DNA from: Marsupella aquatica
Lineage: Eukaryota > Plantae > Marchantiophyta
DNA: 64,000 nt
NCBI GenBank assembly: GCA_973895155.1
Contig: OZ316892.1
Location: 6,679,251-6,743,250, forward strand
Reading direction: 5' to 3'
Each line of letters begins with the position of its first letter. The first letter of the stretch is position 1. The notes beneath the pieces were generated by a model. It had not been told where the DNA came from, ran no database searches, and saw only the letters and a list, made by a program, of their open reading frames with translations. A program made the translations under genes and the position numbers. This document shows positions 1-12,600 of the stretch, one piece after another.

Positions 1-167
1 AGAAAGAGAGAAAACCTGGTCTTAGGATGCTTCATAGTTTCATTTCAGATGGTACTATAAAGAGGAGCTCCATTGAGTAAGAAGTGTTGTTTTCTACGGA
101 GTAAGTTACAGGGACTCTCACTAGAGCCTACATTTGAATTGATTTGAATCAATGTAATCCATTTCAA

Positions 168-239
168 CCCCAATAGCATGATTGATGAGTAACTTGTGGT
201 AGCCCCTAATAGCATGATTGATGAGTAACTTGTGGTAGC
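168..239. repeat. 36-bp direct tandem duplication (2 copies)
   Basis: AATAGCATGATTGATGAGTAACTTGTGGTAGC at 172 and 208; explains the ATTSYSSIMLLG x2 in the spurious ORF 45-257. Confidence 0.9.
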
Positions 240-2555
240 TGTTGGGATTTTTTTCAAAAAGGGGGAACCAAGCCCCTCTAGGTTGGGTAGTTTTTTTTTT
301 TAGTTTTTTAGTTTTTAAGGGAAATCTGTGAAACCCCATAGAAAGGGAAGAGTCGGCCACAATAGTTGGGAAGAGTCAGCCCACAACAATTGAACCCAAG
401 ACCTCTCAGTCTCTACTCAAGTGAGCTAACACAAAGTCAATTGGAGTCAGTTGTGGTAGTTGTGACCCACAAAAAAATGCAATGGAGAAAAAGTAATGTA
501 GCCTTAGTTTTTCTTCTCTACTTTTTTTTCTTAAACTAGTCCAATCCCCGTTTCCTGAGTATTGTCAAGCATAGGTGAAATGGCTGGGTGGATGGACGAG
601 ATAGGGAGTTGGCGAGTTTGCCTGGAAACCAGATTTCAAGGATTATAAGATATATGGGAAAGTGACAAGTTGGGCATGGAAAAGGTGCAACGTGGCAGTT
701 TTAGCTCCATCTCCTTGGTAGGAAAAAAGTCACCATAATCCAATAGCCAAGGAGAATGCCATTTGGTAAATAGACCATGAGAAAAAAGAGTGCAATGCAT
801 ATTATAGTGTTTAGATATATGCCTTCTTTATGGAAAAGAAAGCTTGGATGGACCCTTGTATCTCAAATAGACTGTCCTGAAATGTTCTGTTTTACCTCAA
901 CAATGCCTTTCTAGCTTTAGTATGAATGCTCACATATGTGGCTTTCAAAAGTTGTTTGGTCTGTCTGTGTCAATTGTTTATCAAACGATTTACACAAGGG
1001 ATACCCCTTTTTTGCTAGATACCAAAGTTGTTTGTATAGTATCATGGGGACCTAGAGGGATTTTATATGCATCCTTTCACACTAAAATGAGTATGTTAGC
1101 TTCCGCTCCTGGAACTGTAGTTTTTGATCAAGTCCTACCAACTGCTCTACCCCACAATTTTGATCAAGTTTTGCCAACTACCCCATGACGCATTCTCTAG
1201 ACTTGATTCTGTCCTTGGGTCTATCCTCCGGTGGAGTGCTGTCACCCCTCTTCCTAATCACCCACATAGTCAACCCACTATGCAAAACATTGTAAGATGT
1301 AGTAAGTTATGCACTTTGTGGGACACAAAACACACTAGGGGAATGGAACTGCAATTAACAATCAAGGGAAAACAGAATCACCCAAAGTTTTGAACACAAT
1401 CAAATCAATTTATCTTTTGATGGGTAAAAGTGAACAATCTGCAAAGACAATCCGGCCTCCTATCTCCTATCTAACGTCTGCCTCCCTGGAACAAAATGCT
1501 ACTCTTTCCACCTCACTAATCCGGATGAGCTTCGCTACCCTTGCATGATTCCAACATACTTCAACTTCTAGAATGAGTTCACTCTGCACCTACCGGGGCT
1601 GTAAGTAAATACAAGAAACACACAAGCACATCAACCACTATCTCCCTAGCAGAGCTGCTACATCTCAGAGCCCAGCTAACCTAAAATATGAGGCACATAC
1701 GTGTGTCAACAACCCTATCCTATTCTAAGGGTGACCATTGATGTCTTTGGCGGTACCCACAATTTTTTTACTAAACAAGGATTCACTTGAGTCCACTACT
1801 CCCTACCTACTCAACCTCTCCAATAACACTCGATGGTCTATCATGTCCACTGCTCAAGGTCCCTAGTAAAAGTAAGGAACATCACAAATTGTCAAAACTA
1901 AATTTCATTTAGAGAAAATATTTGGATAGCCTCCTCCTTTCTGATCACAACTGTGAAAATGGTTTGCAAAACAAACTTCAAACAACAAAGATATAGCGGC
2001 CCAAATTTCAGATACTATTGGGCCACCGTCTCCCTTCATTCTACTTGGACTACCCCAACTGATCCGTAAACAACACTACTACTAGGCCTCCTAGCCCTAC
2101 TTCAGGGCAACAGCCAAGGCATTTCAAGGCTTAATACATTGCTTTATGGGCCCCTATTTTAAAAGTTGTTTTGATCATCCATTTGGCTTATTAGCACCAT
2201 CCAGGACTACGGGGCTCAACTAAGGCTTCAAGATGAGTCCAACTATGAAAACATTTGAAGTAACGCTAATGGAGAAAAGGTTGTTTCAAATTTTAGTACC
2301 TTCCATATGTTGAGTCATTCTGGGGTACACAAAATCATCAATTATCAGCCTTGCCTCCAACAATTCTTGTGAATCTCAGCTATATAAGCTGAGATGGGGG
2401 CCTTTGCATCTCCATGCATCTTAGTTAGGCTGCCTGTGACTTTGAGGTGATGTGGTGACTGATATCAGGTTCACTCAAGGACTTGACTAACATTAACTTA
2501 TTAGATTAACTTACTCAGCCCTTCTCCTGATTTTGCGTTCAGATCTAGATCCTTA

Positions 2556-3679
2556 GGGCTGTCTTGCATGTGCAAGGTCCTTGAAAAAGCCACCTTTACT
2601 TCTCCTACAACAACGATAAAAAGTGGATTTGCCTCATTAAAACAGAATCTGCACATGAAATACGTGTGACCTGCCCAAGCCGTCCCATGTCCGCCCTTGT
2701 CTTTTCGACACCATTCTACAATGCACTATACGGGAAACCATAGCACCAATTAATTTCTCCGCAAACTGTCTACCTGCATAGTTCCCCTACGAAAACAAAC
2801 TCTTCTCAACCAGGTTCCGGATTACATGCGGGCAATCGCAACAAAGTTCTGCTCCTGCTCGTTTGTATTTCCTTATCTGTTCTTCAGCTGAGCTGCTGTC
2901 ATTTGTCATTGACAAGGGCTTTGCAATTTGCAACTCAGTCAGGGCCTGCTTGCATGCATGGTGGGAATGTGCTTCAAAGATTTTGTCCACTTGTGATGCC
3001 TCACTCTCCTAAACAAATTCCAATTCTCAAGTTATCTCGCTCCCAAGTCCTGCTCCAACACACTTTACACTCTGAAGTCCCGAGAATTGAATCATAGAAT
3101 GTGAGACATCAACTTACCTGTGTGACCAGCTTGGGTAATGTTGGGCAACTATTTCAAATGCTCTGATGTCTTGGTGCTATCCTTGCAAATTTGCTGTTTA
3201 CAAAATCAAGTATATGGAGCCAGGACCGGACGGCGTCGTATTGAAAGCTTACCACATACACAATTTGATTTGTAGGCTCTCAATATTGAAAGTTGACCTT
3301 CTCTGCACTTCATTCTACACTCTCTTCATAGCAGTGAAAGACTTGCGAAGTGAGGCCCAACCGACCAAAGGCAGGCCACATGCAGGGCCAGAGAATTTTA
3401 CAGGGTGTATTATTTGTACCAGAGCGGATGACACGCACGACAAATACACAGACAACCCATTTAAATGACATGTGTAATGCTGTTCATTTGTCTTATATGA
3501 CATTTGAAGGTCGGGACGGGAAGGGCCGCAAATGCCCTTGAAAGTGTGCTCAAGTTCTCAGCCATGAGGATTGGCTCAAGAGGGGGGGGGCGAGGCAGGA
3601 AAGTCTTTGGCAGTCCAAAGGTGCCACCTGATCACACGTAGGGCCGATTGTTTCAGGACTCTCACATGCAAGACGGCCC
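2556..3679. mobile_element. Non-autonomous PIF/Harbinger-type DNA transposon (1124 bp) with TIRs and TTA target-site duplication
   Basis: Left TTA|GGGCTGTCTTGCATGTG (2556-2572); right CACATGCAAGACGGCCC|TTA (3663-3679). TIRs match 16/17, with looser similarity to about 30 bp. GGGC-starting TIR plus 3-bp TTA TSD is characteristic of PIF/Harbinger. Interior has minus-strand splice donors and a decayed coding-like stretch. Confidence 0.8.
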
Positions 3680-6600
3680 TTAGTGTTTCCCTCTTAGGTT
3701 CCTGGTTGACCCTTTGGGTGTGTGAGTTGTCGTGTTTGTTTCAAGCACCAAACTTTCTAGGGACATTGCCATTTGGTATGGACCTGAAATCAACCAGGAG
3801 ACTTCGGGCTTGCATGGGTCTTGCCAAGGGCTTCAAAATGAATCCAAACATGACTTTGTTTGGATGACTACTTGAAGACAAACATCTACTTTAACTTCTA
3901 ACATTTTCTAATATTGAGCCATTCTTTCAATTTTGCGCCTCTAGGATGCCTACTAGACCTAGGCCTCTGGTTCTTGGGGCCCCCTTTTAGCCTCTTGTGT
4001 CCCCTCAATCTCTATGATGCACCTTGGGACCAAATTCCACCCTCGCTAGAAACAACCCCCCTCGTCTCTGGCAGAGGTCTTATCCAAAAACAACTTTTGA
4101 GTACATTGTCACTAAAGATGCTTGAATTTACAATATTGTCACTGTTTTTTTTTATTTACAAAAATGTCAAAGTTTCTGTATATAGTCCCCCTGGTTACCT
4201 TGGTAACTTGTAATCCATATACAAAACCGTGACATTATTATAAATACAAAAAAGTAGTGGCAGTATTAATAGTCAATTAGAACATCATTAGTGGCACAAA
4301 GTACTTGAAAGCTAAAAAGAGTATGCAAAACATAAAACTATCGTATTAGGCTAAGGAAAAGTTCAAAAGTTAGTCACTTTCTATATGTCTACATGTCCTT
4401 CAACTTATATACACAACTTTAGGTTGACACTAAGTTACTACCGGGTTTTGGAAATGGTTGCCCTGTAGTATCACACTAGGGACATAAATAAACATTTAAG
4501 ATCCAAAACTCGGTATTGGTTCCCATGGAAGAACATATAAGGAATGATTTTCTATGATTTAGCACTTTTGAATGAGTAAGGTAACAAAAACATATAGTTG
4601 AGCCTTTTACTATGATTGCTCAGCAAGACATAGTTTTGAATGTTTCCTTAACATTGTAAATAAAATAACAAAATTGAATCAATTAACAAAACACAATGAA
4701 AATCTTGAGGTATGGTGAGGGAGTTAGGAAACAACCAAGGTGACTCCTCAACATAACTTCATTTGATGTGATTTAGGTGGTATATCCGTAGGAACATTTA
4801 TGGAAAGGATTACTATACTAGGATGATCACTAAAATGCCGTCAACATGTCTCAACCTTTCCTTCCAAGGTACTTAGTGGAGACTAGTAATCAATCACTTC
4901 TGTATCCAATCGGTACTTTGTGTCACCAATAAGAAACACCATCATAATCAAATTTGAAGTCATAAGTTATTGGAAATTAATCATTCTTAGCATCCGTGCT
5001 CAAACAAGGCAATACCAACAACTATGCATCAAGAACTAAGGAATATGTGAAACATCACCAACAAGGAATCTATTTCCACATATAGCAAAGATGTAACAAT
5101 CACAATGATTTTACTTCAAGGGTCCAAACTTCTCATCAATTCAGGCTTGAAGGGGGAAGAAATCCTTTGTATTAAGTACTCATATGCAATGGAGTTCTCT
5201 TTACAAGGTGGAGGTATCAAAGTTGCAATCTTGCAACTAAGCGCTCATGAAATTCCTTCACACTAAAAGTGACAGAAATTCAACTACATATAGGCTAGTA
5301 GGAACCAAAGGGAAAAGAGATAATGAAAGGACATGCCCTTTCATATCTTAAGGGTCTGAACTAAAATAAAAAGTATGAAAATAGGTTAGAAGAGTACTCA
5401 AGGTTCACTAGATTGTTGCTGGAATGAAAAACTAATCAAAAATGATCCCTAGTGTTAACTAGAGTGAAAGTGTTTTTGCACTTTTGTGATAAAACTAACA
5501 AATAGCAACTTTTTCTGAATTTTAGTTTCTAACATAAAAGTAAGAATAGGGTGAAACGTTTCTAGGTGGAAGATTTACATACATACTACATGCTGGAAAA
5601 ATTTTAGACTTTTTGGAGGTGTCTAAGTGTCTTAATAAAATTGGTGAAAAGTGTTGTCGGATATAAAATACACTTTTCTAGAAAAATTTCTGTCGAAAGC
5701 ACCGTTGCACCTTTGCGCAATCACGGTTTTTACAAAACTAAAATGCTAATAACTTCTAAATTTCATGTTGGTTTAAGCCGATACTTTCAGGGTAGGTTCT
5801 ACTACATAAGGGCTACTTCCTGAAAAAGTATGAGACTTTTCTAACTACTTTGACTATTTAACTAAAATTGCAGAGATTAGCTGATCTTAACTATTGTCGT
5901 AGGAGAACTAATCTTGTTGGAGTAGTGCTGTCTGATCTAGTTGTTGAACTCTTGTGTAGTTATTCTCTTGCATAGCTTCTCGAATTACATCCATGTTTTG
6001 AGCGTGATGCCGATAGAAAGGTAAAGACATTCGCTGTCGTTCAAGATCCAAAATAGGAAGTAGTCTCCGGTGTAGCATGGTATTAGATAAAGTGTTCAGT
6101 TGATCTAAATTGTTACAAAATGTAACTATACTGCACCTTTGACTTAGAAAAAATTCAAAATTTATAATTTTTCTATCATTTCTAACTAATGTACTGTATT
6201 ACATGCCCCGTCAGAGTCCGGATCCATTGATCAAATATCATGATCCATCTAGACATCAACTTCTCTTTATGCATTAAGAAAATTTGGGATATTCCAAGAA
6301 TATTCCAAATTTATAGGGATTGAAAAATAAAAATGTTTTCTTACATTTTAGGGGGTCCGAGGCCTAAAAACGTCACAGGGGATGGGGAGGCATCCATATA
6401 GTGAGACCCCGAGAGTGAAAGATTTCATGGTTTAGAGATTTCTCAATATTTGAACCAAATTTTGCATGGCTTCATCAAAAAACATTAAAAAATCTGAGAT
6501 TTACTAGCCAGGTTGCAATAGTTTTTTGTCCAAATATATATTTTGCTATTATTTGTAGTTCAATTATAACTTTACCATCTTTTTCCACCATAAGTAGGCA

Positions 6601-8699
6601 CAGTCTAGCTTAGAATGATCCCACTGTGGTCATCTTGCACCCTTTTGCATCAGATGCATTGCCCAAGACTCGCCTCAACACTAATTGGTCTATCCTGTTA
6701 TGGTCATCCACCTTGGGGGTGAGCCTTGTTGTCATCCCATACCAACCTGGTCCACTACTACGGGTAACCTTTAATTTACAAAGAAGCCCACCCCAAGTTG
6801 GAGGGCAGCGGGCGTGGGCAAGTTAGGATGAAGGTGAGTTTCAGCCATCAAATATAGTTGGCCACTGTTGGATCCTTTTCAGCTAGCCTCACTTAGTTTG
6901 CTTAATCCTGGTTGCAAATGATGGCAAGGTACTAGTTTAACTAATACAAGTGCCAAAGGATATCATTTGACAAAACAAATGGCAACCTAGTACATATAAG
7001 CTTAAAACTAATCCTCCAAAGGATTTTTTCACAGTGTGCATTTCCCTCTCTAATTTTGGTTTGCAAATCACTGGTACGAGTAATGTCTAGATCCCAGGTG
7101 GTGATGTTTCCTTTTTTCATTGAAACTTAGGTGATATTTTTTGTTTGTCCTGAAGCATTATTGTTTGAGCAACGAGGTAACATAGAAGGCCTGTGCTCCA
7201 TCTTTATTTTGTCATCCAAGGGTGTAAGAGAAAAGAGGGATGTTAGTTAGTCCCTGGGTTCTTTATCATGAGTCTACAACTAGGCATATTTCAGTCATAA
7301 AGCTATCATTTCTGAGATCATTTTCTCCAAAATTATTGGGTTGTTTGCAACCAGGCCTTTTGTGTTGAAAACGATTGCCTCTCTGGAATTGACTTGTTTC
7401 CGACCAAGCCTGATTATCCATGGTAGAGGTACATCACTTCTCAAAGTATAACTCTTCACAACCTAATTCCAATGTCAAGGTTGAGTTCATTGAAAATCAT
7501 TGTGGCCCCAAGTAAAAGATTAGTCCTCTAATACCGTCGTGTTCTCATCATAGTCCTTCTATTTCCATGACGTAGGATTAACTTTTCGAATTACCTTGGG
7601 GCCTAAATATATCCCCTAAAACAAATGATATCCCCTAAAAAAAATGTGGAAATTGTAGAACATGATCGAAAGAGATATGATGCGGGGTCAACGGCCTTGG
7701 GTAGGACAAAAGAGTTCCTTGATTTCTCTATTGACGAAGTCTATAATAATGTCCTATACTTTGTTTCACTCTGTTAAACAAAATAATTTTTTAGTTTATC
7801 GACTAAAGTCCATAATAATGTCCTGTACTTTGTTTCATTCTGTCAAATAAAATAATCACGTCCTGTAATGTGATTGCCCCAACCCAAAAATAGCAAACTG
7901 GATTGTGATTGCCTATAGGGTCACGTGAAACAAATAAACACCTACAGTAGAGCGAACTGGAGTGAGCCTACCAAATTTCGCAAGGATTCCCCCACCGCAA
8001 AAATATTGTAAGGGTGATGATTGTTTTATAAAAGGGAGGTTGTGCAAGACGTTGAGGCAAGTATTTCTTTTTATTCTCTCTGAGGTTAATAATGAGTAGG
8101 GAAATTGCACTTGGCTTTACAAGAACTGGGCCCATTAAGGTATGCCTCCTGCCAATCCTATAGGGTAAGCAATGGGCCCAAGTAAAAGCTTATTTTGTCT
8201 ATAAATTTAGATCACTTCTACAGGTGGTCCAAACCAATCCAAACTTTGGCTCCTTGATTCAAGGGATTTGGACTTATTGAACTTCATTTCAAAAGATTTT
8301 TGTAGGGAGTCTAATCATTGGAACAAGAAGTGGCCCTCCACTTTGCTTTGGTGAAAAAAAAAAACACAACTACAGTAGTGCCCTGACATCTTGTAAAGCC
8401 ACACTGACTTGAGGGAGATGTTATTTTTCTTTGTTTGAAAAGGAAGGCAAAACCCCACTTGGGAACAACCGCTGCACAATGGCAGAAGGTCTTGGCCATG
8501 GATGACCCTCAAAACTCTTTAATTCATAGCAGGAAAACAACAGCCCTATTGGCAAAAGGGTCTAAGGGCCAAAGCCCGGCCACTGCCAGAACAAACAGAG
8601 CAGAACCCCCCAAAGTAGGTCAAACAACAGATTTACAAGCCACACAACAGGACAACAATCTTCATGCAAGGGCAGCCCCTGCAGTATAACACAAAACTA

Positions 8700-9950
8700 T
8701 CAGACTAAAAGACTAAGATGGCGAACTAAGGGCAAAAATCAGGAGAAAGATTCTCAACAACAGCTTTTTTTGTTGCATTTAACCTCCTTCTTACTGTATT
8801 GGATATCCCTTCCAGGGACTCTGAAGTCTCTCTGCACATTTGAATATCAAGAATAACTGAGGCCGTGTTACCTATCTCACTGGTTAATGTACTAGATTCT
8901 CTTCCAGCTGGCCTCCAATTCAAATTCTGCTTTATGCTTCACAGTGCTTGGTAGTTGCATGGTAGGAACTACATTAAAATCAAAACATACAGACGTAAGG
9001 AAAAGGACTGTCAAGAACACCATGGTAACATGGCTTAGTAGCCAATTCAAACTGATAAAAGCATTTTCTGGGGCATTTCACCTCATATTAAGTTCTTCAG
9101 GCTGTTGTATCTGGAATTTAGTTACCTCCTCATTTCCCCAAAATTGCCCACTCACCTTGCACCTGGCATGAAATGTTTTTTGCATAACCTAATTATCACT
9201 GCTCTAGGTGTAGCTGACAGAACATATCAGTACGGAGGACAAGATAGCAAGATTTCGCCCTACTGGAAAGTAGTAGTAGCCACTATGGCATTCAAAAAAA
9301 GTCCTTAGCAACGACATGTCACAATGTATCAAAACCCCAAGTCAAAATTTGGGGCGATGGGTCCCTGGAAACTCATGTATGGTTGTCCGTGTCAATTGTC
9401 TGCCAGTTGCTGCCCAAACTGTGTGCATTGATATGAAAATAAATACCATGAATGATTTGTGTCCGGCAGGCAATAGGTGGAGTGGTAGACCATTTGTGTG
9501 TGGAGGTGGAAGTACATGGTTCAAGTTCCTCTGCAGGCACAGCCTTGTTTACACTAACCCCATCTGAACAGGGGTTCAAATCGACAAAGCCTTCGACACT
9601 AAGGAAGAATTTATGATAAACTTTTGCTGGCAGGAGCGGATGCATACGGGCAAATTAACAGTCCAAAAGTTTAAAATGACTTGCCTGGGACTTGTTTTGC
9701 TGAATAAGTTGAAGGGGCATGGTAATTGGGGAATGGCATACCCATGGACCAGTTGTAATAACTTCACCTTCATGAACCCAAATCTTTTTTGGGTTTGGGG
9801 ATATCCTAGAGGACTAGACAAGCACACCTTCCATCAAAGCTACATTGAATTTGATGGCCATTTGGTTGAATTTTGCACCATAAAATGTGGAGGAGTAAAT
9901 TCCATTAAATTAATTTTTGTTGTGTTAATACAAAATATTTGGCAAGCTTG
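8700..9950 (-). mobile_element. Highly decayed coding-like region, possibly a CxC/KDZ-type DNA transposase remnant
   Basis: Broken minus-strand frames with transposase-like fragments (HEFPGTHRPKF, GEILLSCPP, EVKCPRKCFYQFELATKPCYHG); lies between two inverted copies of an AT-rich repeat (about 6280-6400 and 10700-10810). Family call is tentative. Confidence 0.2.
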
Positions 9951-10664
9951 TGTTATATTTACTGACCCACATGGAAAGTTCCTTCCAAAATCTCTGGAAG
10001 CACGTACAGCCACATCAGCACTAATTGGTGGTCATAAACAAGAACTCTTAGTTATGAAAGAAGAAGCAAATATGACTATTTGTGTTAGAGGCAAGACAAA
10101 GAAAAACAGTTTAACCCCAACTAGAGCAATTAGTTATCCAAGAAGTCTCAATTATGACTATTTGTGTTTTGAGGCATGACAAAGAAAAATAGTTAAACCC
10201 CACAACTCTAAAAATATTGGAAAAGTGAAAAACAAACACTTCAAATAAACAAACAAAGGGGTAAAAGAATCAAACCTTTGGATGAGTCATGATTGATGAG
10301 TCATGATGGCAAAGTTTTATCTAACTATGGGTAGAAGGAAACTCTTCACCTAGTGTAACTTGGCTTTATAGACAAAGGAATACCAAGGGATAATAAGAAA
10401 CCCTTGGGCTACTATAGACAATGGAATATCCAAGGACAATAAGAAACCCTTTGGCTACTATGGACCACATGAATATGGAGCAAAAGAAACCTTTCAGCTA
10501 CTTTCGCAATTTGCATGTACTCTATGGAATGTTACAAGGACAGCATGAACACAAATAGGAGTAATTAGGGAACATTTTGCATGGACTTTTACCACAAATA
10601 ATCTCCTTTTTTTGTCCACTCATCTCCATTTTGAACCTATTCCAATAGGCAACTCTTCGTGATC

Positions 10665-10962
10665 TTAGGGGCCTCACTCCAAGTGAAGTCCTACATCACG
10701 CGCAAAGTTTTCAAGTAATAAACACACCAAACTTAAGAAAATAAAGTAAATTTTTATTATTTTTAGATTCTAACTTTATCGAATATTCTAGGAATATTCC
10801 TATGTTTGGCATAAAACCCTATAGTTCTTATAATTATCAAAATTTTGAAAACATCCCTACATTCCTCAACCAAAATTTTAAAGTCTTCCACGCAATGGAA
10901 TTAAAAAACCCCTGACTTCTTTGTGCGTGATGGGTCGGAAGAAAAGAAGTGAGGACCCCGGG
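10665..10962 (+). repeat. Dispersed repeat family A (TE terminus-like), copy 1
   Basis: Colinear similarity to 24283-24587, both ending GCGTGATGGGTYGGAAGAAAAGAAGTGAGGACCCCGGG; a partial inverted copy at about 6280-6400 (GAATATTCTTGGAATAT core). Confidence 0.75.
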
Positions 10963-11049
10963 TTCATGATAGCTCGTTGTTGAATAACATTAAATTTACA
11001 TGACCAACGGGTCCTCAAACTAATTTCTTATCTCCTCTTTCTCTAGTTG

Positions 11050-11210
11050 CCTTACATATGCAAAACTAATAATTAATTTAGGCCCAAATTTAGGACTCAT
11101 AGTCATCAAGTTATGGACCCAACTCCCTTAGACCACCAAGATGTGGTCCACAGTAGCACTGGTCCAACATGCATGGTGGTCTATGCTGGCTTCAGTTTCA
11201 TGTTAAGTGA
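11050..11210 (+). repeat. Dispersed repeat family B, copy 1 (second copy about 41710-41835)
   Basis: Shared GACTCATARTCATCAAGTTAT...CAACTCCC...GGCTTCAGTTTC with 41740-41830. Confidence 0.65.
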
Positions 11211-12454
11211 CCTATTTTAGTTTCCAAAAGGCATTATTTTAAGAATATTTTATATGTTAGGCTCTATAATGCCCATTTTAGTTAGTATTTAATTAAATTT
11301 CAGGGACTAGCTCTAGAGGGCCACATCTTGTTCCAAAGTTAGACTGTCACCCCATGTTGCATTTGAGTTGCAACTTTGTTGGTTGCACATGATTGTGTTG
11401 TGAGTTTGGGAGGGTGACCTGGCATAGCAAGTCACCTGGTAGGGGTGACCTCTTCACCCAGGTTACCATGTCTTTGTGCCATGGGGGTATACCTTGGAGA
11501 ATGAGGGATTAGCTCCTCATTCTTCCAAGTTGAGCCTCCCAGCACTAGTAGCGCTCATGTGAGTGTGGCTATGGTGAGAGAGAGAGAGAGTGTATGCCAG
11601 TTGGCATGAAGAGCGACATTGGCAGGGTTCTGCTATGTGTATAGATTTGGAGTCCCGCATGGCTAGCGGGTGAATTTGGCTCAACTTAGTGATACCTTGC
11701 AGCGGGGTCCCGTTTCGCAAGAGATTACTTTATGGATTTTGGCGTACATGTGTTGTGTGTTGTGTGATTATCTGTTTTCTTGTTTACATGGTGTGCCGTG
11801 ATGTGAGTTGTGTATGGATGTGTGTCCGCACGACAAGACTCTAAGCCAAAATCCGTTTTTAGATGAAGTTTAAAAACCGCAAACCATTTTTAACTGTCCA
11901 ATCCCCCTAGCTGGTCAATATTACTAACTTACACCCAAAACTAATTTACTTACCAGGTTGCCCCCCTTTTCGTACATGGGTGGGCTCAACTTGACTGTAC
12001 TTTACGATGGTTCACTATTGGTTTGTAGACATATGAAGGCTCATGATTCACATGTACTAAGCCCTCCAATTGTACGTTCATCCTGGACCAGATTCCCTGC
12101 CCAACACTCACTAGACAAGGGTGTTGACTACTGTATATGAGTAAAATCTCTTGTGTTTTGGTCCCTCTCATTTCCCCCACTTTTACAGTATGAATTGGCT
12201 TGGACAAATGAGGAGCCGCCCCAGACCACTTAGAAGCCAATTGGGTTAGTCTAGTTTGATTAAGCCAACCCACATACATAAGGGGACAAACTGTCAACTA
12301 AATTAATTTTTGGGGCAGATTTGTACGCTAGAATAGTTTGGGGTACAGAAAAACAGAAAAATAATAAATGCAACTCCCTTGAACAAAGGAGGAAATGTTT
12401 AGACCACCCCTAGAGCCAATCTAGGCAAACTAAAGCCCACCGCTTGCCATGTAT

Positions 12455-12600
12455 CAGAATGGGCCCCCATTTCTTGTAAAGCTACCTGCATCCTTTTCCA
12501 TTCATTACACGGTCCAGATCTAGTTTCCGAGGTCTAAAAGGAAATAAAATGGGGCCCAACACTTTGTAAAGCCACCCTAAGAATACCACTTTATGTTGGT
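12455..12600 (+). repeat. Dispersed repeat family C (TCTTGTAAAGCC-motif element)
   Basis: TTCTTGTAAAGCTA...TTCCATTCATTA...GTCCAGAT...GGGG...TTGTAAAGCCACCCTAA is homologous to 55485-55610 and 55680-55800; motif also at about 8390, 52380, 52645, 52785. Confidence 0.65.

Noticed and set aside
9613-10179. 188-aa plus-strand ORF
   Set aside because: No recognisable motifs; probably the antisense of a decayed TE coding region
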